Shown piece after piece: positions 12,928 through 25,930 of a stretch of DNA of 64,000 nt; positions within the stretch are counted from its first letter, which is position 1, and the number at the start of each line of letters is the position of its first letter. The notes beneath the pieces were generated by a model that ran no database searches, was not told the origin of the DNA, and saw only the letters and a program-made list of their open reading frames with translations. Origin of the DNA: Octopus vulgaris (taxonomy: Eukaryota); NCBI GenBank assembly GCA_951406725.2, contig OX597825.1:68448001-68512000 (forward strand), written 5' to 3'. Position numbers and translations under genes: made by a program.

Positions 12928-14066
12928 TTATGTACCCCAGTGTGTTACATAACAAACAGTACAATGAATAGTTTGCTCCTGAGAATTACATACCAGCTGC
13001 TGATTACTTACATATGATACAGAGATCTGTTTAATCGCAGCTGACCTGGAACTACACATAATAATAACATAAAAAATTGGTGGTTGTGGTGGTGGTGGAG
13101 GGAAGGAGGTCACCAGGAGATAATTATGCAAAGAAAGAAAGAAAGAAAAATTTTTTTAAATTTTGTTTGGCAGTTCTATGAATTCCGAAATTCCTAAAAG
13201 ATATCAAATCAAAACTGATTCTTTAGTTTTGCATGAGATATACTCTTTTATTATGTTTTTTTTACTCTTTTTACTTGTTTCAGTCATGTGACTGTGGCCA
13301 TGCTGGAGCACTGCCTTTAGTTGAGCAAATCGACCCCAGGACTTATTCTTTGTAAGGCTAGTACTTATTCTATCGGTCTCCTTTTGCCGAACCACTAAGT
13401 TACGGGGACGTAAACACACCAGCATCGGTTGTCAAGCAATGTTGGGGGGGACAAACACAGACACACAAACATACACTCACACATGCATATGTATATATAT
13501 ATATATATATGCATATATACGATGGGCTTCTTTCAGTTTCCGTCTACCAAATCCACTCACATGGCTTTGGTCTGCCCGAGGCTATAGTAAAAGGCACTTG
13601 CCCAAGGTGTCACGCAGTGGGACTGAACCCGGAACCATGTGGTTGGTAAGCAAGCTACTTACCACACAGCCACTCCTATGCCTATGATATAATAAATTTA
13701 GAAGTAAAAGACTTGCATTCTATATATTTCGGTGTTAAAAACTATTGCAGTATATGTGTGTGTATCACCATCATCATCATTTAATCTCCACTTTCCATGT
13801 TGGCATGGGTCTGGGTTGGACAGTTTGACTGGATCCAACAACCTGCTGCAGTTCATCACATTCCAATGTCAACATTGATGTGGTTTCTAAGGTTGGATGC
13901 CCTTTCTAACACCAACCAATTTACAGTGTGTACTGAGTTTATTTTCTATGTTACTGGCTTGAGTGAAGTTATCAAGTAACTTGCAAGAGAAAAATAAAGA
14001 AAGGTAAAGGAAAAAGAAAAAGCCCCCTCCACTCAGGGAGAAGTGTGGAAATGGCTTTATGACAGA

Positions 14067-14432
14067 CTAGCAGTATGACCTGGCAATGCTGCATCATAGT
14101 GATAGTGCATGCATATACAGCTGTGTGCGTGCACACACACATGCGAGTACTGTCCAAATCTCCGACCAATCACATACAGCTAGCTGGCATTCAATTGGCG
14201 TATCAAGTTTCGGGCATTTTGATTGGGTTTTGGATAGAAAATTCACAAAAAAGTCACTTCTATTTATTTCTTAATGGCTTTGCGGGGTGACTGGGGAAAT
14301 GTAAAGATGTGCACGACCACCCTTGGACGGTTTTAAATGACCATAGAAAGTGCAAGCCCTCTAACTGAAAAATTGTGGATCTCTATAAAGGACACACACA
14401 CAGACATTTTTTGCCGTTTATATATATAGAGA
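14067..14432 (-). mobile_element. Non-autonomous Helitron-like element
   Basis: A|TCTCTATATATATAAACGG ... ATACTGCTAG|T. Confidence 0.6.
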
Positions 14433-14789
14433 TATTGAAGGCTAAAGTATGTTAGAGGGACAGGCACAGGTGTTTTGTTATAGAAGAAGTACATGGCTTC
14501 CCTATAATATGCAAGAGGAAGTGCTGGCACCACATAAAAAGCAACTGCTTTTTACATGACACAAACACGAGTGCTAGTGTCACTGTGCATGCAATCATGT
14601 GCTGCCATCTGCTGGCATGCTGCAGAACTAGTTTGGGAACTTTTTGATACCACCTTGTACATATATACATACAGAGACTTGCAGTCTTGAGACCAATTTT
14701 AAGCAGTTGACTTAGTGAGTTTGTTTAATTTTTTTGACAAAACCTTGCTTGCTTGAAAATCTAATCCTCCTCTTTATTGTTCAGGTAAA

Positions 14790-15235
14790 TAGCAAACTGA
14801 TTCGACAACAGAAAGTCATGGAGCAACAGAATCATTCCACCACTGGCATGTGCCAGACACACTGCCAAGAAAATTAAGTTGATAAGACTAACAAAAGCAG
14901 CAGTTTGTCATGTGTATAGACAATTTAAAGAAGAGGAAAAGAGTGATAGAAAAGAACACAAGACTCAAAGGGATTTCAAACGCAATCCAAAGTTTCTTGC
15001 TGACCTCAAATGCTCAATGGAAGCCAACTCCTCCACATCCATGACAACTCTTGCAAAGAAAAACAATGTGTCCCTTTCCATGGTGTCCAGAGCTGTGAAT
15101 AGGAACCTTGGCATGACTAGCTATATTCGACGACATCGTCACCTCCTAACAGCCAAGGCCGAAGCAATCAGAGCCGAGAGATACCCAAAGCTTCTGTCAT
15201 TCATCAAGCATCAAAGTGCAGTAAAGATATTTGGT
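14790..15235 (+). mobile_element. Tc1/mariner (DD37D/maT-like) transposase N-terminal fragment
   Basis: HTH-like 'SMTTLAKKNNVSLSMVSRAVNRNLGMTSY...HLLT..R.ER'. Confidence 0.75.
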
Positions 15236-17036
15236 TGCAGACCTCATTTGAGTCTTTTTATTATCACTAGGTCACACATAGTCTCCAGATGGTAACATTG
15301 ATTTCAAGCCCTTCCCAGATGAGTGACTGGTTATTCAAATACATTTATAGATTGTAAATTTATTCCGTCCAGTTATGTATCAGTACAGTGGTCATTTGCA
15401 AACTCTACAGGTGACACTTTCATTTCTCTTTAGCCCTCACATCACACAGTTGTTAATGTTTATTTCAGTTGGGTCACGTCCTTCCAATTGCTATAGATTC
15501 GTAATGCATCTTACGGCTGTGCCTGTCACCTGGATGGTGAGGAATCCTACACGCAGTTGTTAATGTTTATTTCAGTTGGATCACGCCCTTCCAATTGCTA
15601 TAGATTCGTAATGCATCTTACGGCTGTGCCTGTCACCTGTATGGTGAGGAATCCTACATTAGGAGTGGTAACGACTAGTGTAGGGTAGCTGACTGCTTGT
15701 GATCATTCGTCTTTTGGTTTCCTGTAGCTTTGCTCTTTTACAAACCCAGTGGACATACATATATTTCATATTTCAAAGAAATTCAAACAATAGATATAAG
15801 ACCCAAGTTAAAAAGATTATCAACAATTCAACTTCTCTGTTTGACATTAAGACACCCACCCCCACTAGGGGCCTTAACTCCCTCATTTTAGACTTCCATA
15901 GCCTCCATTTTTCAGGAGCAAAATCCTTTTAACAGGTTCCATAAGACTAGAATTTTGGAATCTGCACAAAAAAATCTGTAGTATGGGATACATGTGTCAT
16001 GATGAGAATTTTTTTAGGGTGTGTAAAGAGGGAAAGAAACTCTCATCTGCAATTTTGATGACATTCGAATCATAGGTATTCCAGTTCATTACAGAAAATA
16101 TAACAAAAATGTCTAATTCTTCATTTGCATGTAACATGGGCAATTCTGCTAATAATGGAATAAGCAGATGTGCTTCAAGAGGAAACAGCTGGGATTTATA
16201 CTAACTACCAACATAATATATATATATATATAGATATATTTATTTATTTATTTATTGATATTTAGCAGGAGCAATAAAGTGAATCAGGGTCCAAGATTTT
16301 CATGCTTTGGCATTTATCAAACTATATTTAAAGACTCCACCGGTTACGACGACGAGGGTCCCAGCTGATACGATCAACGGAACAGCTTGCTCGTGAAATT
16401 AACGTGCAAATGGCTGAGCATTCCACAGACACGTGTACCGTTAACGTAGTTCTCGGGGATAATCAGCGTGACACAGAGAGTGACAAGGCTGACCCTTTGA
16501 AATACAAGTACAACTCATTTTTGCCAGCTGAGTGGACTGGAGCAACGTGAAATAAAGTGTCTTGCTCAAGGACACAACGCGTCGCCGGGAATCGAACTCA
16601 CAACCTTACGATCATGAGCCGAATGCCCTAACCACTAAGCCACGCGCCCTCACAAACTATATTTATATATATAGAGGATGCACTGTTTCTCTCCTTTTAT
16701 ATATATGTTGTTTTGTTGTTTTCCTGTTTCAGCTCTTGAGCTGTGGCCATGCTGGGGTACCGCCATTTATATATATAAAATTTAAAGTGAGGGTAAGAAA
16801 TTAGATATTAATTTAATTAACATCGATTTCACACCAGTGGTCTAGCATATAAAAAAACTGAAGGGTCAGTAAAATTGTATTATATACATATTAGAGGGAA
16901 ACCACTTTGTGGACACCCTTATGCTAGAAATAGATCCGCTATGGTCTTACCACTAAGAAATGTTCTCAAGAAAAATTTAGCAAAAATTATATATATATAA
17001 TATATATGTGTATCTCCTTTAAATTATATATATATG

Positions 17037-17067
<31 letters not shown>

Positions 17068-17961
17068 ATACACACAAACACACGACAGTTTCTTCTTTCA
17101 GTTTCTCTCTACCAAATCTGCTCACAGGGCTTTGGTTTCATCAGGGCTATATCAGAAGGCACTTGCCTAAGGTCCCACATAGTTGGACTGACTCCAGAAC
17201 CATTTTTTTCGGAAGTAAATTTTTTACTACACAGCCATGACTACTGATACACATACACACACACACGTATATTTACTGCGCTGACTCATTCTTTAAATAT
17301 GTAAAAATAACATTCTTTAAATATGTAAAAATAAACAGGACACTGACCATCTTCTGTAAGGGCTCTTGAGAAATTAATTAATCATCATCATCATCATCAG
17401 TAAACCTCAATGCTTGATGTGTGGGTGGTTTGCCTGAGCATGCATGAAATCTTGAATTATACCACTTGAGTCTTGTGTCCTTTCTGACATTACACACTAC
17501 TGTGAGTGGTCTCCAACAATGCCCTTCTCACAACACTCTGTAACCAATTCTAAGAAAATGAGAGACAGAAAGAGGAAGAGAAACAGAGAGAGAGATAGAA
17601 AGATGGAGAAAGAGAAAGGATTAACCCAATATCCTTTTTGCTTTTATCCTTTACTTCTTTCAGTTATTGGACTGTGGCCATGCTAGGCCATGTTGTTCCA
17701 AGTTTCTGTCATTCCTTCAAATTGTTCCAGTTAAAATCCATGATGTCCAAACTGAAGAATTTTGTTTCAGTGAGAAATTCTACTGAGAATCGTAAAACTC
17801 AACATGAATTGTATTTGTCCAATGAAAAGAAAGATTGGATGACTTTCCATGTTGGTTTGTATTAAAATTCTGTTTGTTGACTTGGTTCATTTATTATTAC
17901 TCTGGCAGAATTGTACATTATTTACATTCAACGGATATTTGTCCTCATCTTGTTTGTTGTT

Positions 17962-18007
17962 AACACAACGTTTCGGCTGATATACCCTCCAACCTTCTTC
18001 AGGTGTC
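17962..18007 (-). ncRNA. Minimal type I hammerhead ribozyme in a short Penelope-type repeat
   Basis: Minus strand GACAC-CTGAAGA-A-GGTTG..CAGCC-GAAACGTT|GTGTT; palindromic AACGTT stem III. Confidence 0.75.
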
Positions 18008-19464
18008 TTGGGGAAATTTCGAACTTGGGTTCTCATTCCTAAGGTATTTTTCGATGTTGTTTGTTTATTATTATCATTATTGTTCAGTAGTTTTATTTTT
18101 ATAGCGTGCTTTCACTTCACTACCGAGCTCAGCTCTGTGTGTCTTGGGTATGTGCTGTGATTTGTTGTGATGCTCTGATGGTGACTGTTTATTATTATTA
18201 TTATTGTTCAGGTCACTGCTTAGAATCGAACTCGGAATCTTGGGGTTAGTAGCCCACACTCTTAACCACTACGCCATATGCCCGGAGGTCTATTGTTGGC
18301 AGAACTGTTAGCATACCGTATAAAATGCTTAGTGACATTTTATCTGTCTTTGCTCCAAGTTCAAATTCTACTGAGGTTGACTTTGCCTTTCAGGATTGAT
18401 AAAATAAGCACCAGTTCAGCTCTGGGGTTAATGTAATCAACCTACCCTACACCCAAAATTGCTGGCCTTGTTCCAAAATTTGAAACCATTATTACCTCCG
18501 CCTTAGCGAAGGTAGAAGTATTGTTTTCAATGTTTGTTTGTTTGTCCGTGGACAAGATATCTCAAGAACCGCAGGATGGATTCGGATGAAACTTTCAGGG
18601 ATGATTAGATTTTGGGATCAATCTGGTACTGGTAAAGGATTCTGGTTTATTTTCCTGTTTTCTTTACTTAATTTTTGAGAGTGGTTTGGTTCATTTTTAG
18701 CATACTCGTTTGTGAGAGCAGTTGAGTTTATTTCAGATATTCTCATTTTAAAACACATCTGTGGCTAATCGTTGAGAGGATGTCAACTTTGCCTTTCATC
18801 CTTTCAGGCTTGATAAAATAAGTACCAGCTGAACACTGGGGTTGATGTAATCGATTCATCCCATTCTCCAAAAATGCTGCCCTTGTGGTAATATTTGAAA
18901 CCATTATTATTGAGTGAGAGAGCAGCACTTATCATCAAAGTGACAATAGGGTAAAATATATGAAGCCCAGTATACCTATTATGACTACCTGTTTGATAAG
19001 GGTACACCAGTCACATGCATCACAATCATATGTGCGCAATATGGTGATCTTGTATCAAGATAAACAGCACATGACCTTGCAGGTGGGACCCAGTTAGAAT
19101 TTTCTTCAGGTTGAGTAGCCCATCCTGCTCAAAAGGTCTCTGAATAAGGGTTGTTCAAGGATGTTGAATAAAACATCCATGTTTCCAAAGGTGAATTATC
19201 CAAACCCCAAAGAATCCCTCTCAACACATGGCTATGATGCTCCTCCACTACTTCTACTCATGATCAGAGATGCACATATTGTCAGCCACTAAGGGACATG
19301 CTCAGTTGGTTATGGTCAAGTAACTGACAAGCAAATCTGTGGTACTGAGCAGAATATTTGTTGTAGCCTATATTTTATACCAAGACAAAACAATGTACCT
19401 GATAACACTTCCAATCAGTTAGGATCAGAAGCCATTATTATTATTATTATTATTTCCATTTCAG

Positions 19465-19552
19465 AAAAATTCCTGTTTACTTCCTGATGATCTAAAGAAT
19501 TATTATCTGACAAGTAATGGAATAAAACTGACCTGGTCTGTCAAAATTGACA
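19465..19552 (+). CDS. TPGS2: TPGS2 exon 3 (KNSCLLPDDLKNYYLTSNGIKLTWSVKID)
   Basis: tttcAG acceptor, GTAAGT donor, 88 nt; matches 'KNNCVMPEDVKNFYLMTNGFHMTWSVKLD' (SMI1/KNR4-like region). Confidence 0.96.
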
Positions 19553-21657
19553 GTAAGTTATATACCAGCTTCTATTCAAATTTCTGTCTCATGCTTTCAT
19601 TGTGATGTTTTTTCATTCCTTCATACATATGCACGCACACACACACATATGCATGTACGCATTCACATTCACACCAAGTACAAACATTCGCACATGCTTA
19701 CACATACACAATTGGCTTCTGTGCAGTTTCCATGAATCAAATTTCATTTACCAGACCATCAAGCTATGCTGGAAGACCTTTACGCAAGGTGCCATTCAGT
19801 TGGACAGAAACTGGTAACCTCGTGGTTGTAAAACAAACCTCTTGAACACTAATTCACTACTGTCCTTTATGTAAAGGACATCGAGGAATGTACCCAGGAG
19901 AATGGTTTCTTTCACCTGCCGAGCTGTCTTGGGGGTGGTGGTGGTGTAGTGGGGCGAGGCAGAGGTGAATCCCATTGATTTTCAGAGGTGGTCTGTGTAA
20001 AATTAATTGGGAGGAATTTTGATTAGTTAGCGGAGTCAAAATACCAGAGGGTTGGTGGAGGAGTGGAAAATGGGATACCTTGAAATGGAGCAGAAAATGG
20101 GAGACCTTGGGCAATGGTCTGATATAAAGGGGTGGGCTAAAGTACACAGGCGTACAGTTGAGTGGAATGTATGGCGGCGATTTGGCAGAATTGTTAGCAT
20201 GCCGGGTGAAATGCTTAGCAGTATTTTGTCCTTTTTATGTTCTGAGTTCAAATCCTGCCAAAGTCAACTTTGTCTTTTGTTCATTCAGGGTCGATAAATT
20301 TAGTACCTGTTGAGCTCTGGGAACCATGTAATTGACTTGACCCCCACCCCCACCACAATAAAAAAATTCCTCGCCATATGCCAAAATTTGAAACCATTAT
20401 TTAAGGCAACAAGCTGGCAGAATCGCTGGCATGCTGGGTGAAATGCTTAGTGCTACAATCATCTGTTTTTATGTTCTGAGTTCAAATCCTGCCAAGGTTG
20501 ACTTTGCCTTTCATCCTTTCAGGGTTGATAAATTAAGTACGTGTTGAGCACTGGGGTTGATGATGTTCATTTGCAGCTCTGTGAAACACCTGCCTGTCTA
20601 TGGGGGGGGGGATATCTTACCTTGCTTGAAAAACAGGTGAAGGTTGGCAACAGGAAGGGCATTCTGCCATAGAAAAGGGGTGATATAGTAAAACTATATC
20701 CTATATCCCCAGCAAATTCCATCTGACTCATGCCAGCATGGAAAAGTAGATATTAATGTGATGATGATGATGATGACAATGACATTGTGAGCAGAATTGA
20801 CATGAAAGGTGTAAGAGAACCAGGTGGGAAAGCTGTGAGTTTTGAAGTCATTTGGAAGATCACTTCAGAGCAAGAGAGAGAGATACAAAGAGAGAGAGAG
20901 AGGGGTATACAAAGAGAGAGAGAGAGAGATATATATATACAAAGACAGATATATATATATATATATAAAGTAAGATAGGGGTTATGAGTGTAACCCACTA
21001 TGGGATATCAGTTATCCAATATGCTGCTGGTGAAGTACCCAAATTCTTAATACATAAATGCTTTTAATTGCAATGCAATTAATTCATTTATTCTATTAAA
21101 TGGGTGAAGGTAAAAATATTTTTACTGTAAATTCATAATACAAATAAAGAAAGCAAGAGAGAGAGAGAGAGTGAGATACAAAGTGAGGGAGAGAGATAGC
21201 ATACAGTGAGATGATATAAATGTCCTCAATACAGGATGGTGGTGGTGGTGGTGGTGGGCAGCAAGTTGTGTTGTAGTTGAGGTTGATATTGTTATGGGGA
21301 AGGGAAGAGGGCTGTTGGTGATAGTGGTGACAGACCTTCAGGAATTTGTTATTGTTGCTGTTATTGTTAGCTACTATAATGTCTGTCTGTTTGTCACAGT
21401 GTGATGATGGAAATGTTAAACCATTTTGAACATGGAAAACATATATCTCTTTATTTTTTTGCTCTTTTACTTGTTTCAGTCATTTGACTGCGGCCATGCT
21501 GGAGCACCACCTTTAGTCGAGCAAATCGAACCTAGGACTTATTCTTTGTAAGCCTAGTACTTATTCTAAGAACCGCTAAGTTACGGGGACGTAAACACAC
21601 CACCATTGGTCAAGCAATGTTGAGGGGACAAACATATACACACACATACATACATAC

Positions 21658-21694
<37 letters not shown>

Positions 21695-22760
21695 CACATA
21701 TATACGACAGGCTTCTTTCAGTTTCTGTCTACCAAATCCACTCACTAGGCTTTGATCGGTTCGAGGCTATAGTAGAAGACACTTGCCCAAGGTGCCACGC
21801 AGTGGGACTGAACCCGGAACCATGTGGTTCATAAGCAAGCTACTTACCACACAGCCACTCCTGCACCTTTTATCTGTTTTATGTTTAAACCTGCCAGATC
21901 CAGCCTCTCACACTTACCCTACAATGTCATTCTAAAAATAAACAATCATATCATCAAAGTCATGATTAATTCAAAACTAAGTTTATAAATAAGTACTAAT
22001 TTTAACAGACGGATTGGTCTGACACCGAGTGGCATTAGGGCTACAACCCGGCAGACGGGGCTCTGGTGAAAATCCTCAGAGTGTCTGTTTCGGCAACCGG
22101 CAGTTCCTCAGTCATTCTGTCCCTGCGTCTGCGGCAAACAGGATGTCTCTACATGCGGGATTGCTGGGGACCGCTTATGAAATCCACATATTCCTACGAG
22201 ACTTCTTCCTTGAATTCTCACAAGAGGGTGGTAGAAGAAGCCAACTCAACCCGCCCAGGGTGAATGTCACCACAAGTACAAGTGCAAGTAAGTGGTTTGT
22301 ATTGTAGTGGTGTTGGAATGTAGTGGTATAGTCATGGTATGTTTTGATACAATAGTATACTACAGCAGTCGGCGAGCTGGCACTAAGGCGGTGAGCTGGC
22401 AGAATCATTAGCACGTCGGGCGAAATGCCAAGCGGTATTTCATCTGCCGTTACGTTGTGAGTTCAATTTCCGCCGAGGTTGACTTTGCCTTTCATCCTTT
22501 CGGGGTTCATAAATTAAGTACCAGTTACGCACTGGGGTTGATATAATTGACTTAATCCGTCTATCTGTCCTTGTTTGTCCCCTCTGTGTTTAGCCCCTTG
22601 TGGGTAGTAAAGAAATAGGTATGATAGTGGTGAGTGTTGGTGCTTAGGTGTAGCACTCTAGAAGCAGTGTGGTACTGTAATGGGAGGTATCAATGATGTA
22701 GTATAGTGGTGTAGAATATCTGTTTATTCCTTAATTCTCGTTCTTATATGAATGTTACAG

Positions 22761-22904
22761 GTTCCAATCCATATCCATTAGGACTGATGTATTTACACCC
22801 AGTGGATGACATCATGGAAATAACTGGAAAGTCCAAGAACAAGGCAGGGAAAACAGTTACAAAAGAACAAGACTCTGACACAGAATCAGAAGATGAAGAT
22901 TCCG
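22761..22904 (+). CDS. TPGS2: TPGS2 exon 4 (SSNPYPLGLMYLHPVDDIMEITGK...ESEDEDS)
   Basis: ttacAG / GTGAGA, 144 nt, phase 1-1; 'PLG.M' motif followed by acidic linker as in TPGS2. Confidence 0.9.
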
Positions 22905-23513
22905 GTGAGAAATATTTATTTTGGTTGCTGTTGTTGTTGTAATTGCTGCTTGTTTGTTTGTTTGTTTGTTGAGCGAAGTGGTTTTCGTCCCAGAGCTCAC
23001 AAGATCACGCCTCAGGATTGTCTGTAGTGGGAGAAGTCCGAAACGTGGTCTCCTATGCTATTCGTAAGACCCACAGAAGAGAAAGCAGGTCAACCCTCGA
23101 CACCGAGAGCATCGACAGGATGGATGAATGTGCATCCAGGCTCAGCGGTTGCGTAGGAAGTCGGGGACAAGAAACAAGAAGAAAGAGGTGAGAGAAAGTT
23201 GGAGCAAAAGAGTACAACAGGGGTCGCCACCACCTCCTGCTGGAGCCTTGTGGAGCTTTAGGTGTTTTCGTTTAATAAACACACACAACGCCCGGTCTGG
23301 GAATCGAAACCGCAATCCTCCAACCGCGAGTCCGCTGCCCTAACAACTGGGCCATTGCGCCTCCACTGTAATTGCTGCAGTGTGAAAGAGTAGCATTAGA
23401 GACAGGAGAGTTGCCAGCTTTTGTCTTACCTTTATTATTACTACTACTACATATAAGGTGGTGAGATGGCAGAATTGTTAGCACACCGGACAAAAATGCT
23501 TAGCAGCATTTCA

Positions 23514-23785
23514 CCTGTCTCTATGTTCTGAGCCCAAATTCCGCCTGTCTTTACGTTCTGAGCTCAAATTCCGCCTGTCTTTACGTTCTGAGCTCAAATT
23601 CCGCCTGTCTTTACGTTCTGAGCTCAAATTCCGCCAGTCTTTACGTTCTGAGCTCAAATTCCGCCTGTCTTTACGTTCTGAGCTCAAATTCCGCCTGTCT
23701 TTACGTTCTGAGCTCAAATTCTGCCTGTCTTTACGTTCTGAGCTCAAATTCTGCCTGTCTTTACGTTCTGAGCTCAACTTTGCCT
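23514..23785 (+). repeat. 30-bp minisatellite (~9 units) expanded inside a family-B SINE
   Basis: CCTGTCTTTACGTTCTGAGCTCAAATTCCG units. Confidence 0.92.
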
Positions 23786-23899
23786 GACATCCTTTCGAGG
23801 TCCATAAATTAAGTACCAGTTAAACACTGGGCTCAATGTAATTGACTTGTCCCTTCTACCAAAATTGCTGCCCTTGTGGCAAAATTTGAAATCATACCT

Positions 23900-24190
23900 C
23901 TACAAGTGACAAAGGGCCTCTTGCTCAGAGTAATAAAAAGTAGACTGTATGATGCATGTGTTCAAACAGCCATGCTACATGGCAGTGAAACATGGGCCCT
24001 GACTGCTGAGGACATGCATAAGCTTGCAAGGAATGAAGCCAGTATTCTCCGATAGATGTGTAATGTCAATGTGCATACTCGACAGAGTGTAAGTGCCTTG
24101 AGAGAAAAGTTGGACCTAAGAAGCATCAGATGTGGTGTGCAAGAGAGACAACTGCGCTGGTATGGTCATGTGGCGAGAATGGATGAGGAT
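23900..24190 (+). mobile_element. RTE-clade LINE fragment
   Basis: RLYDACVQTAMLHGSETW...LREKLDL...QLRWYGHVARMDED. Confidence 0.8.
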
Positions 24191-24191
24191 G

Positions 24192-24402
24192 AGATGGTGC
24201 AGAGTATTGTTGGAAGATGTACAGTCTTCCAATTGTACACTCTGACTATTGAGGGTCTCACAACGTTCTTAAACACTTCTGTCTAGACAGTGGCATTGAT
24301 TCTTAAACTCTGTGGAAAAAAATGAGGAGGTGTGACATCTCTCTGATTGCTGACAACTTCTAGAACCATCACAGTTGCTGGGAACTTAGTATGCTTGACC
24401 AT
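24192..24402 (-). mobile_element. Tc1/mariner DD37D-like catalytic-domain fragment
   Basis: TKFPATVMVLEVVS..DVTPPHFF...YIFQQYSAP. Confidence 0.75.
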
Positions 24403-25093
24403 TAGAACATAAACACACCAGCATCGGTTGTCAAGCGATGTTGGGGGGACAAACACAGACACACAAACATATACATACACATATATATATATACAAACAC
24501 CATCCGATCGTGGCCGTCCGCCAGCCTCATCTGGCACCTGTGTCGGTGGCACATAAAAACACCATCCGAGCGTGGCCGTCTGCCAGCCTCGTCTGGCACC
24601 TGTGTCGGTGGCACATAAAAACACCATCCGAGCGTGGCCGTTCGCCAGCCTCGTCTGGCACCTGTGTCGGTGGCACATAAAATCACCCACTACACTCTCG
24701 GAGTGGTTGGCGTTAGGAAGGGCATCCAGCTGTAGAAACACTGCCAGATCTGACTGGCCTGGTGCAGCCTTCGGGCTCCCCAGACCCCAGTTGAACCGTC
24801 CAACCCATGCTAGCATGGAAAACGGACGCTAAATGATGATGATGATGATGATGATGACAGGCTTCTTTCAGTTTCCGTTTACCAAATCCACTCACAAGGC
24901 TTTGGTCGGCCCGAGGCTATAGTAGAAGACATTTTCCCAAGGTGCCATGCAGTGGAACTGAACCCGGAACCATGTGGCTCGTAAGCAAGCTACTTACCAC
25001 ACAGCCACTCCTATGCCTATAATTGATAATTTCGTCATTGATAATTTCTTCTTCTTTGGAGATCTGATTGACTTCTTACATTTATTTTCTTAG

Positions 25094-25195
25094 GCTTAAA
25101 GAAACCATCTTTTACCTCCTCTTATCGAATATTTGAGTTGGATCCCTGTGCTGGACTTGGTAAGGTGTGTCTGGTTTACCGTAATCCGCATTCAG
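25094..25195 (+). CDS. TPGS2: TPGS2 exon 5 (GLKKPSFTSSYRIFELDPCAGLGKVCLVYRNPHS)
   Basis: ttcttAG / GTAAGG, 102 nt; matches 'KPHF...IFELDSCNGSGKVCLVY'. Confidence 0.96.
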
Positions 25196-25274
25196 GTAAG
25201 GTCCTTAACATTTGGATATCTTGATGTAACTGAAGTGAAAAGTGAATGTCAATTTAGTTTCTGATTGTGATCTG

Positions 25275-25930
25275 GCTTCTATCCTTTGACCTGTCTTGTA
25301 TGGGTGGTGACCCTTATTAGTTTGGCTTCTGTATTTTGATCTGTCTGGTATGGGAGGTGCCCCTTATTAGTTTGGCTTCTGTCCTTTGACCTGTCTGATA
25401 TGGGAGGTGACCCTTATTAGCTTGACCTCTGTCCTTTGACCTGTCTGGTATGGGTGGTGAACCTTATTAGTTTGGTTTCTGTCCTTTGACATGTCTGGTA
25501 TGGGAGGTGGCCCTTATTAGTTTGACCTCTGTCCTTTGACCTGTCTGGTATGGGTGGTGAACCTTATTAGTTTGGTTTCTGTCCTTTGACATGTCTGGTA
25601 TGGGAGGTGACCCTTATTAGTTTGACCTGTCTGGTATGGGAGGTGACCCTTATTAGTTTGGCTTCTGTCTTTTGACCTGTCTGATATGGGAGGTGACTCT
25701 TATTAGTTTGGCCTCTGTCCTTTGACCTGTCTGGTATGGGAGGTGACCCTTATTAGTTTGGGTTCTGTCCTTTGACCTGTCCAGTATAGGAGGTGGCTCT
25801 TATTAGTATGGCCTCTGTCCTTTGACCTGCTCGGTATGGGGGAACCCTATCAGGAGCTTGCACTCCGCTGGCATAGTTATCAGGGTTGTTGAGGCACACA
25901 TACCACAACATACTGCAACACAGGCTGGAT
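25275..25930 (-). repeat. ~50-bp minisatellite (~11 units) grown from an RTE-type LINE 5' leader
   Basis: TTTGACCTGTCTGGTATGGGAGGTGACCCTTATTAGTTTGGCTTCTGTCC units, terminating in leader-like sequence 25820-25930. Confidence 0.8.

Noticed and set aside
15447-15660. ~107-bp direct duplication
   Set aside because: Simple two-copy intronic tandem duplication with no further signal
23514-23785. CRISPR-like regular array
   Set aside because: Head-to-tail 30-bp units with no spacers, inside a SINE, eukaryotic context
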